Below, piece by piece: positions 19,088 through 28,871 of a stretch of 64,000 nucleotides of DNA; the first letter of the stretch is position 1, and each line of letters opens with the position of its first letter. Both the position numbers and the translations under genes were made by a program. The notes beneath the pieces were generated by a model. The model did no database searches. It saw nothing but the letters and a program-made list of their open reading frames with translations, and was not told the DNA's origin. This DNA is from a virus. Its lineage: Duplodnaviria; Caudoviricetes. The DNA is taken from IMG/VR virus record IMGVR_UViG_2773858002_000001, positions 1 to 64,000 of that record, one strand, 5' to 3'.

Positions 19088-19621
19088 CTATTCTCCACAG
19101 AGCTGCAGCCCCCGGTCTATCCATTCCTGCGGCAAAGGTGCCTTGGGGATGCCGTTTGAACCTCGCGCGATGAAATGGCTGGGGTCGGGGAAACCGCCCA
19201 CGCCGAGTGCCGCCCCATTGAGGCCGTAGACAACGTTTGCCCCGTCATACTGGATCGTCACCAAGGGCCGGCCTGTGGTCTCGTGCGGTGTGCAACGGAT
19301 CGTCGCAGCGTCGAAACGGATATAGGGCCACCGGTCGCCGTATTCGCTGCGGGTGACCTGAATGCCAGGGCCAAGACCCGCCTGCGGCTCCCGAGCCGCT
19401 GTGAGAAACAGTTCCGAAAATACATAGACGCAGACACAGAAGACCACAAACACGCATGTTCTGGCTCCCCATTTGCGGCTGAACTCAGCAACACGCGTCT
19501 CCATCTGCTCGAACTCTTCAACCATCAGTTCTCTGGCACGTTCGTATTCGTCGCTGGTGATCTCGCCGCTGGACTTCATGCGCCGCAGCTTTGCCCACGG
19601 GTCTTCTTTCGCCAAAACCAC
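19088..19621 (-). CDS. Membrane protein: SHOCT-like N-terminus, TM helix, YebY/DUF2511-like periplasmic domain
   Basis: GEITSDEYE; TM; VTRSEYGDRWPY...IRC...VYGLNGAA. Confidence 0.6.
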   Translation of the reverse strand: MVLAKEDPWAKLRRMKSSGEITSDEYERARELMVEEFEQMETRVAEFSRKWGARTCVFVVFCVCVYVFSELFLTAAREPQAGLGPGIQVTRSEYGDRWPYIRFDAATIRCTPHETTGRPLVTIQYDGANVVYGLNGAALGVGGFPDPSHFIARGSNGIPKAPLPQEWIDRGLQLCGE

Positions 19622-19677
19622 CTCCTGGCACAGTGACTGGATTGTCCAGAATTTACCGTCTGCGCCTTACCGACAGG

Positions 19678-19956
19678 TCAATCCGATTGGTTAATCTCCA
19701 GTGACGATAGTTCGTCCATCGCTTCCTGTATCGCCAGGAAGAGCCGCATGGAGGGCACGGCGTTCGCGCCGGGAGATTGTAGAAGCTGAGCCCGGTTTGC
19801 TCTTGCCTCGTCCTTGGACGCGTACTCCAGCTTGATCGGAGACGATCCGGTCTGCAGGAGATAGAAGTACGGCGATCTCTGCCGCTTTCCATTGGCCACA
19901 ACTGTGTCGCACCTGATCGGGCTCAGGAATGTGATCTTCACGTCCTGCGGTCGCAT
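19678..19956 (-). CDS. Hypothetical protein
   Basis: ORF after palindrome variant 19972. Confidence 0.5.
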   Translation of the reverse strand: MRPQDVKITFLSPIRCDTVVANGKRQRSPYFYLLQTGSSPIKLEYASKDEARANRAQLLQSPGANAVPSMRLFLAIQEAMDELSSLEINQSD

Positions 19957-20039
19957 AACCTTCGCTTTCTGTGCAGTTAATTGCACAACATCCACCGAAA
20001 TATGAAGGGTTCGGTCAACCCCTCATAATTCAGTGGCTG

Positions 20040-20555
20040 TCAGTTCCCCTTGGAGTCTGCGAGCAGCTTCATCAGGGCCTCTTCCTTGTTCACGAGGCCG
20101 CGTCCTGATTTCTTTGCACCACGCGCAAGCAGTGCTTCCATAAGCTGGCTGTAATCCTCCGGGCTGAACCGCATGAGGACGGAATGCGCGTTGTCCTCGA
20201 TTGGCTCGCCTTTCAGGTATTTCTTGATCTCGGCCACGGTGTGCTTTTGGGCGACGTCCAGCAGCTCATGCATGTTCTGCTTGGTGATATGTGGCTCAAT
20301 CGTCGTCAGCTTCGTCCACCCCAGCTCCACGAGCTTCTTCTTGGGTATCTTCAGCGGCTCGAATGTCTTGTCCACCGAGACCAGATAGTAAGCCTTTCGC
20401 CGGCTCATGCCGGTTGCGGTGATGAAGTCCCGGAACCTGTCGGGATCGCTTTCCTGAAGCAAGCGCAATGTCTTCGCCAGCTCCATGAAGTTGTCGTCAA
20501 ACGCCTTTGCGAGCGAGAGCGCGTCGGCATAGACCTGTTCAGCTTTTTTGGCCAC
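20040..20555 (-). CDS. Putative HTH DNA-binding protein, paralogous to the C-terminal half of 27547-28758
   Basis: GMSRRKAYYLV...LGWTKL..I...IT..N; AAGGAGG RBS, GTG start. Confidence 0.65.
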   Translation of the reverse strand: MAKKAEQVYADALSLAKAFDDNFMELAKTLRLLQESDPDRFRDFITATGMSRRKAYYLVSVDKTFEPLKIPKKKLVELGWTKLTTIEPHITKQNMHELLDVAQKHTVAEIKKYLKGEPIEDNAHSVLMRFSPEDYSQLMEALLARGAKKSGRGLVNKEEALMKLLADSKGN

Positions 20556-20600
20556 CAATTCCTCCTTGAATAATTGCGGCAGCGCTAGGCAATCCATTGG

Positions 20601-20634
20601 ATTGTACCTTTCGCCATGTGCGCAATCAATTGCA
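20601..20634 (-). promoter_or_regulatory. Promoter TTGATT-N17-TACAAT whose -35 lies inside a degenerate palindrome
   Basis: -10 at 20601-20606, -35 at 20624-20629, site CGCAATCAATTGCA 20621-20634. Confidence 0.6.
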
Positions 20635-20646
20635 CACTTCTGCCTG

Positions 20647-20991
20647 TCACAACAAATCTGCGGCTGAAAATCCGTCCGTGAAATCAGGAACTAACAAGTC
20701 AGGATTGATTTTGTCAGTGTACCTGTTCGGCTTCCCCTGTATCGCAATGTCTACCCCCTTCAAGTAACGGTTTATGAATTCAGGATACGTGAGCACGGCA
20801 ACCCCTCTCTCTGCCGCCGTGATCGCCTTGATCGTATCCGTCCTGCTCGCAACAAGAAAGTCGGTGTCTTTGGATACGCGTTTGCCCACAGTCAGATAAC
20901 CGGTCTGGTGGCATGCGTTGATCAGGTTTTCCCTGATGATGGATCGGCCCTCATTGTCGATTGCTGGGCCAGTGAGTACAACAGACAACAT
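20647..20991 (-). CDS. Stand-alone BRCT domain protein (LigA C-terminus-like)
   Basis: VVLTG...R...G....VSKDTDFLVA...K...A...GVAVL. Confidence 0.8.
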   Translation of the reverse strand: MLSVVLTGPAIDNEGRSIIRENLINACHQTGYLTVGKRVSKDTDFLVASRTDTIKAITAAERGVAVLTYPEFINRYLKGVDIAIQGKPNRYTDKINPDLLVPDFTDGFSAADLL

Positions 20992-21075
20992 CTCACTTAC
21001 TCCTTTGGTCTCATTTCATTCTGGTCACCGGACGCACAACCGTCCTGCCAGTTTTGCAATTAATTGCACATATGG

Positions 21076-21784
21076 TTACCAGTTCTCTGCCGCGATCTCG
21101 GCCAGTTCTTCCAATCCGCCCGACTTGTCGAGCCGTGTCCACCAGCTGTCCGGGATGGGCCTCATCACAACGCGTCGGTCGCGCTTGCGGGTGCGTGTCG
21201 TGTAGATCGCTTCTATCTCGAAATGATCATACAGGATGCCTACGTCACGCTCTGCCGGCTGTCTGGTGGCTTCCACCACGACGGGCAGTCCCCCGAAGAT
21301 CGTTGCCTCGAACTGCATCACTCTGCCCCCGTCGGTCCGTCGAACCCGCTATTGTCGGGATGCCCCGGATCGTCCGAGCCGAAGAACAGCTCCCGGCCAT
21401 CCTTCATGAACTGGTCGAACTCTTCGCGGACCTCCCGGCTGAACAGGTGACGATGGTCTCGGATTGTCGTCAGGGCATCCAGGGACAACCATTCGTGTCC
21501 CATGATGGAAGCCACCTTCTTCAGGTTCTCGTACTTCATTGGTCGGTCTCCGGTAGATGCCCACGCCAGCAGACGCGATACTCGTCAAAGTCTGCCTTGG
21601 TTGCGGGGCGCAATTGATCCTTCATGCATCCGATGTGCACGGGGCCGTTCTTCCAGTCGTACCCACCCTTCAGGACACTGCCGTGCAGCACACCCATCCA
21701 GTCAGGATTGTCCGGCTGGATGAAGCCCAGCGTGTGTTCGCCCAGAACGACATAGCTTGGGCTCTGGCTCGCGATGCTGTTCAT
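21076..21784 (-). CDS. Three small hypothetical genes (21076-21321, 21318-21539, 21536-21784)
   Basis: Coupled ORFs. Confidence 0.55.
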
Positions 21785-22029
21785 CAGTCACCCTTCCGTA
21801 ACTCATCGGGGATGACCATCCTCGACAGAAGTTTGACTGACGCCTCCAGCACGGTGACGCGATGCTCCAGAGCCGCTATATCGCCGGCCCCCGTGCGTTG
21901 GCCGAGGTGCCTCTCTAGGGCTTCCACCACTTCCGCGTTGAGGCTGCGGTTGTTTTCCTTGGCAACCGTCCCCAGCTGGTCCTTCAGCTCCGGAGTAATG
22001 CGAATGCGCATCATTGGGTGTCCTCGCAT
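21784..22029 (-). CDS. Arc-family ribbon-helix-helix DNA-binding protein
   Basis: MMRIRITPELKDQL...A..NNRSLNAEVV. Confidence 0.85.
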   Translation of the reverse strand: MRGHPMMRIRITPELKDQLGTVAKENNRSLNAEVVEALERHLGQRTGAGDIAALEHRVTVLEASVKLLSRMVIPDELRKGD

Positions 22030-25000
22030 CACGCGGCCTCCTTCTGGATCAGGCCCTTCTCTGCCGCGACCTTTGCGGTCACCTTGATGCGCAGCTTCAC
22101 GGGCTCCATGGGTTCTTCGATCAGCTCTGCGCTGATGCAGTGGTTCTTGTGCAGGTACTGGACATCGCCGCCATCGAAGTACCACCACGCTTTCGTCTGC
22201 CGCAGATACGGGAACTCGAACACCAGAGCGTCGAGAGTATCGCTGTCTGCAGACGCGAAGGTCTTGTTGTTGACCGGGACTGGCTTCTTGGGTGGCATGG
22301 CTGACGGGCAGACCGTGATCGGGACAATCTGGTGGCCCGCGCTTACCTGCACCACGGTGTACTTCCTCTCGGGGAAGCGCTTCTTCATTTTGCCCAAAAT
22401 CATGTTCGCGACCGACGGGTCTGCGTAGATCATTTTGGCGGTCTGGGTTGCTGTGGTCATTCTAGCCTCCTTGCTACATGCCCTGTGGGGCGACCGATTG
22501 GAAAAGGTTGAATTTCCTTTGATCTGATCTTTTCAAAGTGAGGGTCTGGCGTACAGCCAGAATTGCAATTAATTGCACATGTCGAGTGCTGAAAACGAGT
22601 GATGGTTAATGAGCGACATAGACGTATATGAGGTTGCTCGCAGGGGTGCCTATGAGGCCCTGGCGGTTCCACTTGTTGATGAGCATGTGGAAGGCGAGTT
22701 CTCCCGCACTACCCATCTCTGACTCCAGTGTGTGCCCCGAAACGGTGTGCTCGTCTCGTGCGATCTCCTGCCCCATTCGGAAGGTCACGCGGGTGTATCT
22801 GTAGGTCATTCCTTCTGCTCCGCAATGGCTTCATCCAGCAGGGTATTGATCCGGTCGATCAGTTCGGTGGTTTGCTCGATGCCTGCTTGGTTGCGGTCGA
22901 TCTTTCCGGCTTCAGGGGTGAACTTCTTGCGGGCTGCTCGCTCAAACTTCTTCCGCCTACCTTCCAGTGACGCGCGAACAAAGCGAGCCTCGTGGTAGGA
23001 AAGATCGAGCGTGATCTTCACATTGGCGACGTCGGTCATTCGATCCTCATCTTCGCAAATATCGTCTCTTCGTAGCTCGGATTGTTCTGCTGGAGATCGG
23101 GATGATCACCAATCCATGCCACGACTTCCTCCTGCAGGTACGGACCCATGCTGGCGTCATTGTTCACCCACTCTCGGAGGTAATCGATCCCTAACCCAAA
23201 CGCCCTGCCCAAAGCCTCTAGCCGGAAGTCTTTGTTGACCTGAGCGAGAGGTGCACCAAGCCACTCGCGTACCAGTCTACGGTTGTGTTGGCCGCGCTCG
23301 TAGGGGTTCATGACTTCCTCACATTAGCGACATCTGTCATGTGATCTTCTCCCCCACGAGCGCCACCATACGCTCGCTGATCTCGCGGAGCTGGGGCGTC
23401 TCCCCCGAGAGGAAGGTACGGCGTTCTGCTGCCCACTCCTTGATCGTGGCGTGGAGCACGTCGCTCTTGGCTTCCTGCCCAGACAGGATCAGCATGAGGT
23501 CGCGGGTGAAGCGTTCGCGCAGGGCCACGATCTTCTCGGCCATGTCGTTCGGCACGCAGGTGATGACGTCGTTGCCGGAGGGGTTCGCCTCCGCGATGTC
23601 GTATCCGATGATCCGGCCCCGGCCATCGGTGTGGTGCCCGAAGATCATCCAGTCGGACAGCGGGCTGTATTCCTCTGCGTATTTGCTGGGGAACTTCCAG
23701 TCGGGGTAGTTCAGCACGTTCCTGTTCATCAGCGCCTCCTGTTCTCTCTGGCGTCATGTGCCATCTTCCGCACCTGGTCCTGCGGGACTTCGGGATGGAA
23801 CAGCGCCATAAACGCCACCATGTCCGTCCCAGGGTCGTTGGTCGTGTTGCAGTACGTGACTGCCGCCCGCGTGCGCTCCATGAGGTCGTCGCGCTCCACC
23901 TTGTCCTTGCTCATAGTTTCCACCCGTACTTCTTCTCGATTGCCTTGATGGCGTCGTGGTCCTGCGCGTGCTCGATGGTGTGCAGCTGTTTCAGGAGGAC
24001 ATCGATGTCTGCCCGCATTTCGTCATAGGCGTTGAACTGCGTGGCGATCTGCTTCGCCAGCTTGCCGTCGCGTTCCGCGTCGAGACTGGTGAGAATGTGG
24101 GCGACCACCGAAGTCTCTCCGTAGGCGCACCATTGGTCATGACACAGCTTCCACTGGCCGAACTTCTTGTTGTAGACGGGCCGCAGTTTCATCGGGATGA
24201 TCTCCTACTCCAGCTCCATGAGGGCCTGCCAATCGACCGGGGCCTGCTCTGGGGGTGCGTCCGGGTCTGGCCAGCAAGTTCCGATGTCGGGAAACATCTT
24301 CAGGAGCGTCGAGCGCTTCACGGCGTGGAATTCAATGGGCATCTTGTTCGATTTGCCCAGTTGGGCTTTGTAGAACCTGTGGCTATAGGATTTGTGTGCC
24401 GTGAAGCGCCAACCTACATAGACCCAAGGATGCCCGCCATTGTCATGCACGACTGTGCCGAGCGGTATCCGGTGGAGAATGTGTATTTTCGTTTTGATGG
24501 GGGCCTTAACCATCAATCTTCCCCTGCAGCGATTGCTTGATTTCGGCCAACGAGATCGCCTTGATCGACCGAACATCGATCCGCCAGTAGAATTGACCAT
24601 CCGGAAGCAGGCTGATCGACCGTTTGCCGCCCCCGAACCAGTTCACGAAATAATTGCCTTTTCTGTCCTGATAGACAGTTCGCGTCTCTGTGGCCGATCT
24701 GGTGCGCGCACCATCAAAAAAGCTTTCGACCAGCACTTGTTTCTTGCCGAGGTTCTTCATCCGTCGTCGTCTCCGATCTTCGGGAATTTCGAGTGATGTT
24801 CCGTGAACTCCGCTGGCCACGCGAACACTGTGTCTTTGTCTCTCTCCAGCCGCAGAAGCGGAGGATCGACATGCTTGCAGACATTGCGTCGGTAGATGGC
24901 CATGCCGGCGCATTGCATGTTGTCGATGACATGGCAGTGCACGAGGGTGTCCGAGTGCGCCCTCTGGAGCCATTCTTCGATGCTCGCTCCGCCGAGCCAT

Positions 25001-25660
25001 CCATTCAGCGCGGTTCGTGCCCAAGGGCAGTCAGAGCAGGGTTTCCTGTGTTGGGTCTTGCCCTGTACGGCTTCCTCACTTGATATGAGCTGTCTACGAG
25101 GCATCACCGCGCCCCTGTCCGTACACGTAGCCTTCCTCGACTTCAGTCCAGCCCATCCACCCGTCAGCCTCCCCGAGGGCGTAGGTGAAGGCATCGAGCT
25201 CGGCCTTGGTGTCAAATTCGTAGGTGACAGCCTCTTGCCCCGGTTCGGGTGCGCCGCCCCACAGGATCGTGATCTTGTGCTTCACAGGATCGGCCTCCCC
25301 AACCAGTCGGCAACCTTCGCCCAAGCGATGGCAATCTCGGCGTTGAGATGGTCATGTGATCGCGAACTCGTCTTCGCCTGAAGGCGTGTAAGCCGCAGTG
25401 CTTCGCTCTTTGCGTGTTCACAAAGACTCTGCACACAGTCCTGCGCCTGATCCTTCGTCTTGGCGCGTTGCGCCCACGCTAGGACGATACCCTTCACACG
25501 ATGCATGGCGACTTTGGCGAAGATGCCATCGGCCCACTCCAGTGCGTAAACTGGATCGGCGGAGAAGTTGCCACCCCAGACTTTGATCTCGGCGGTCAAC
25601 GCCTCGACGTCTTTTGTCAGATGCTCGATGATCTTTTCGATCTCACTCACAATCGCCTCC
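22029..25660 (-). CDS. Run of small coupled hypothetical early genes (22029-22460, 22606-22809, 22806-23039, 23036-23311, 23337-23729, 23729-~23914, 23911-24192, 24205-~24513, 25094-~25285, 25282-~25650)
   Basis: Overlapping start/stop codons and RBSs. Confidence 0.55.
24757..25104 (-). CDS. Cys-rich protein (DUF6283-like)
   Basis: KPCSDCPW...GWLG...CH...QCAG. Confidence 0.55.
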   Translation of the reverse strand: MPRRQLISSEEAVQGKTQHRKPCSDCPWARTALNGWLGGASIEEWLQRAHSDTLVHCHVIDNMQCAGMAIYRRNVCKHVDPPLLRLERDKDTVFAWPAEFTEHHSKFPKIGDDDG

Positions 25661-25673
25661 TTGCGATTTGCAA

Positions 25674-26324
25674 TTAATTGCACGCGAACGTGCTGGCTTT
25701 CTTTCCCCACGGCAGACCGTAGTTCTTCGCACAGACCGGGCCGTAGCCGACCGCCGTGCTCTTCTCGTCTTCGAGCTTCTTGCGGCAGAAGCAGCAGTGC
25801 CCGGTCAGTTTTCCGTAGGCACTGGCTGTGCCCGCAGGATCGACAGACATGGATTTGAGCAGGGTCTGGACCTTGCGTGCCATCACCTGGTCGGCCTCAG
25901 CCGCCTTCGACTTCTCCCAAACGCCCTCGGGCGACACTCGGCCATACCAGACGTTGTTGCCGAACGGGCCTCCATCAGTCACCTGTACGAAGCCCGGTGT
26001 CTTGCTCTTGGAGCCTGAAATGTAGACCTTGAGGGGCGATCCGTCGTCCAGCTGAAGAGAGATGGCCGGGTACTTCAGATGCTCTTTGGCGGTCTCGAAA
26101 AGCTCTATGAGGCCATGCATCTGGCCGACAACCTCGGGTTCCTTGGTGAAGTCGGGCACGCCGGCGCATTCTGCATCATCCGCCAGCTTCTGGACCCAAT
26201 ACCACTGCTTATCGGATAGATCGCCCTTGCGCTCGAACTGATGGATCAGCGAGCCGGCGAAGTCCTTCTGGCGATCAGGCACCATCGGGAGTGCCGCTTT
26301 CAGATTTTCGATCTGGGTGTTCAT
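25674..26324 (-). CDS. DUF6011-type Zn-finger protein
   Basis: C-terminal YG..TGHCCFCRKKL.D..S..VGYGPVCA; ends C-N-stop in the palindrome. Confidence 0.7.
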   Translation of the reverse strand: MNTQIENLKAALPMVPDRQKDFAGSLIHQFERKGDLSDKQWYWVQKLADDAECAGVPDFTKEPEVVGQMHGLIELFETAKEHLKYPAISLQLDDGSPLKVYISGSKSKTPGFVQVTDGGPFGNNVWYGRVSPEGVWEKSKAAEADQVMARKVQTLLKSMSVDPAGTASAYGKLTGHCCFCRKKLEDEKSTAVGYGPVCAKNYGLPWGKKASTFACN

Positions 26325-26331
26325 CTCTTCT

Positions 26332-26474
26332 GCCCTCCTTGGCACGGTGAGATTGGGTATTTCCCTATGCCCACAGTCTACCAAATAGAGCCGTGGCGTA
26401 CAGAAAAAAATGCAATTAATTGCACGAAATCCCGAGAATTGTCTTGCGAAGGCGGAAGGACTATATTCCTCGAA
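26332..26474. promoter_or_regulatory. Divergent promoter pair around palindrome 26411-26424: leftward CTGTAC-N17-TAGACT; rightward TTGTCT-N17-TATATT
   Basis: Leftward -35 26398-26403, -10 26375-26380; rightward -35 26439-26444, -10 26462-26467. Confidence 0.7.
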
Positions 26475-26764
26475 TGATCGACCTCTCGCATTACGTGATC
26501 ACGTACCCCTTAACCGTGGACACTCTCTGGAAGCTGAAAAAGCTCGGGATGGGTCTGACAGGGTATTGCATCAATCGCGACTGCGATCACTTCGGAGAAA
26601 TAGACCTGGACCGCTTGATACAAAAGCTGGGGCCTGAGTTTCGATTTGTCGGTGACAAGACAATCCACCGTTCACTCAAATGTCCCTTGTGCGGGCACCG
26701 GGGCGGCGATGTCAAAGTCAGAGCCAACACTGATCCTGTAATTCTAGAAAACACGCTGAAGTAG
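26474..26764 (+). CDS. Zn-ribbon protein, probably from a leaderless mRNA
   Basis: C-x4-C...C-x2-C; ATG 6 nt after the -10 box, no SD. Confidence 0.7.
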   Translation: MIDLSHYVITYPLTVDTLWKLKKLGMGLTGYCINRDCDHFGEIDLDRLIQKLGPEFRFVGDKTIHRSLKCPLCGHRGGDVKVRANTDPVILENTLK

Positions 26765-26828
26765 TAACTGACCGTTAAGCACAGCGCAGTTAAGAGGTCA
26801 TTGACCTTCTTCATTAAGAGCTTTTCAA
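26764..26828 (+). promoter_or_regulatory. Three CtrA-box-like sites (TTAA-N7-TTAA, one mismatch each) upstream of the pilin
   Basis: GTAA-N7-TTAA 26764-26778; TTAA-N7-TTGAC 26790-26805; TTAA-N7-TCAA 26814-26828. Confidence 0.6.
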
Positions 26829-26910
26829 GCGGATGCCTCTAACTTCCAACTTGTCAAAAACGAAACGCGGCAAACGAATAACATCGCCGCTGGGTTAGGG
26901 AACCAGGCAA

Positions 26911-27087
26911 ATGAAAAATCTCTTCGCGAAATTCCTCAAGGACGAGTCCGGTGCAACCGCTATCGAGTATGGCCTTCTGGCCGCTCTGATCGCAGTGGGT
27001 ATCATTGTCACTGCCGGCACTCTTGGTGACAGCCTGAATACGACCTTCACCAAGGTATCGACGGAGCTGGACGCCGCGACCAAATAA
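26911..27087 (+). CDS. flp: Flp family type IVb/Tad pilin (58 aa, below the ORF-track cutoff)
   Basis: MKNLFAKFLKDESG|ATAIEYGLLAALIAVGII...: prepilin cleavage Gly, EY motif, hydrophobic helix. Confidence 0.93.
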   Translation: MKNLFAKFLKDESGATAIEYGLLAALIAVGIIVTAGTLGDSLNTTFTKVSTELDAATK

Positions 27088-27228
27088 TTCGGTCAGCGTC
27101 ACGTAGGGCCAAGTTTACCTTCGTGAGCAGCGACCTGGCCCATTGGGCCGACCATGCATCCTCCAATTCCCCTCTTTTTTAGCCATTTGAGGGGGATACT
27201 TCCGCAAAGTTCAGCAAGCGGACACTAA

Positions 27229-27257
27229 GCCGCCCCTCTTTCGGGGCGGCCTTTTTC
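27229..27257 (+). terminator. Rho-independent terminator
   Basis: GCCGCCCC-tctttc-GGGGCGGC then CTTTTT. Confidence 0.85.
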
Positions 27258-27525
27258 ATTCCTGCGTCTGACACAACGCCTCTTGGATCAACTTCTTGAA
27301 GTTTGCGCCGACATGCGACATCGCGGGCGCGGCGTTCCCCAGATGCTCGGCAATCAGTGCCATCTTTTCCTGAAGTACGGCTGATACTGCGTCTTCCAGA
27401 GACACAAAGGAGAAAGAGCCGTTTGGGCCGTACATCGACAAGGTTGTCGTGTCTCCCGACGACCCAGCCATATCTTGGCCAGTGATTTGGGGAGCCAGCG
27501 TCGATACCAGCTCCCCGTTCGTCAA
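27256..27525 (-). CDS. Hypothetical protein
   Basis: 89-aa ORF converging on the terminator. Confidence 0.45.
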   Translation of the reverse strand: MTNGELVSTLAPQITGQDMAGSSGDTTTLSMYGPNGSFSFVSLEDAVSAVLQEKMALIAEHLGNAAPAMSHVGANFKKLIQEALCQTQE

Positions 27526-27546
27526 TGCACCGTCGGGTGCCGTCAG

Positions 27547-28758
27547 TCAGGCCGCTTCTTCTTCCTCGGTCAGCTCGACTTCGATCTGCGCGTTCGGGAA
27601 CGCCTTCTCAAGAGCTTCCAGAGCTGCCTCGATGCCCATGCTCTTGAGGCGCTGCGGCATCGTCTGGGACGACAGATAATCGCCGCAGATATGCTCCAGG
27701 GCGACGGTATCGACAGCAGTGCCGGTTTCGCCCTTGGCCTTCTCCAGAGCCGCCTCGATCACCTCGCGCTGCTCATCATGGACCTTGAAGGTCTTGGTCG
27801 TAACTGTCTTCGAAGACTGATCTCCGAGGCTCTTCTGCGTGTCCTTGGCGAGGTGCGCCTTGACCGTCTCGATCAGCTGGAGCGTGGTCTGCCCCTGCGC
27901 AATCTCGACCCACTTGTCCACGTTGTCGAGCGTGATGACGCTGGCGATCTCCTTCAGCTTCGTCCAGCCAAGATGCGCAACCTTCGACCACGGCACCTTG
28001 CTTTCGGCAAGGCTGTTGTAGATGCCGACCCAATAGGTGGCCTTGCGGTAGTGGAGGCCATGCTCCTTCTCGACAAACTCGCGGAAGGATGCGTAGGGCT
28101 CATACCAACCGTTCGCCTGGATCACCGAAAGCACGCCACCGAGTTTGAAGAAGGTAACCTCGGTCTGCTCCGACAGTTCGGTCACCAGCTCGCGGGCCTG
28201 CTTCTCCTTCATCGTCTCGATCTCATGGATCAAGTCAGAGAGCACGTCTTCACCTGGCTTCGTCACCTCACCGGCTTTGGAAGTAGCCTTGGCCACGGCC
28301 TTGCCAGCCGGTTTCTTACCCTTCGACGCCGGTTCGGCTTTCTCTTCGGCTTTTTCCTGCGCCTTGGCCGTATCCTTCTTCGCTGCCGTCTTCTTGGCAG
28401 CGGTCTTTTTCGTGGTCTTCTTGGCCGCAGGCTTCTCTTCAGGTTCCGGTTCGGGTTCAGGCTCCGTCTTCGCCTCTTCCTCGGAGCCGTCGTCAAACTG
28501 CTCCTTCAACCAGGCGCGCTTTTCTTCAGCACCCCAGCCGGACCATTTGGCCGGCGTGTCGATACCGAACTCCTGCACCAGATTGTCGAGCTCACCGCTG
28601 TCCATGACATCGACATCGACTGTCGTTTCGTCGCCGTCATCGGTCGCGGCCTCGGTTTCAACCTCGGCGGCTGTCTCCGTGCCGGTTTCGTCTTCCAGCT
28701 CTTCCTCCACGGCGGACTTCTTCCCGCCTTTCAGGAGGCTAAGGCTTGCTGCGCTCAT
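27547..28758 (-). CDS. Putative DNA-binding/nucleoid protein: acidic N-terminus, histone H1-like Lys/Ala linker, HTH-like C-terminus
   Basis: KPAAKKTTKKTAAKKTAAKK; GLHYRKATYWV...LGWTKL. Confidence 0.7.
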   Translation of the reverse strand: MSAASLSLLKGGKKSAVEEELEDETGTETAAEVETEAATDDGDETTVDVDVMDSGELDNLVQEFGIDTPAKWSGWGAEEKRAWLKEQFDDGSEEEAKTEPEPEPEPEEKPAAKKTTKKTAAKKTAAKKDTAKAQEKAEEKAEPASKGKKPAGKAVAKATSKAGEVTKPGEDVLSDLIHEIETMKEKQARELVTELSEQTEVTFFKLGGVLSVIQANGWYEPYASFREFVEKEHGLHYRKATYWVGIYNSLAESKVPWSKVAHLGWTKLKEIASVITLDNVDKWVEIAQGQTTLQLIETVKAHLAKDTQKSLGDQSSKTVTTKTFKVHDEQREVIEAALEKAKGETGTAVDTVALEHICGDYLSSQTMPQRLKSMGIEAALEALEKAFPNAQIEVELTEEEEAA

Positions 28759-28871
28759 ACGTCTTACTCCTTGCTTGGGAATGTGACCAACAGAAGCCCT
28801 CCGTGGCAGCGTTGGTAAATGAACCCCACGACACTAACAGTTGTGCAATTAATTGCAATTCAAGAATGCAG

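Noticed and set aside
24646-24658. Degenerate motif-like strings (CGAAATAATTGCC here; TTGAATAATTGCG near 20566)
   Set aside because: They need an indel plus mismatches; not counted among the 40 sites.
26854-27102. Minus-strand ORFs 26854-27102 and 26895-27083
   Set aside because: Antisense to the clear Flp pilin gene.
27475-28818. Long plus-strand ORFs (e.g. 3580-4695, 17496-18605, 27475-28818, 51009-51920)
   Set aside because: Antisense shadows of real minus-strand genes in GC-rich DNA; no RBS or domain motifs.
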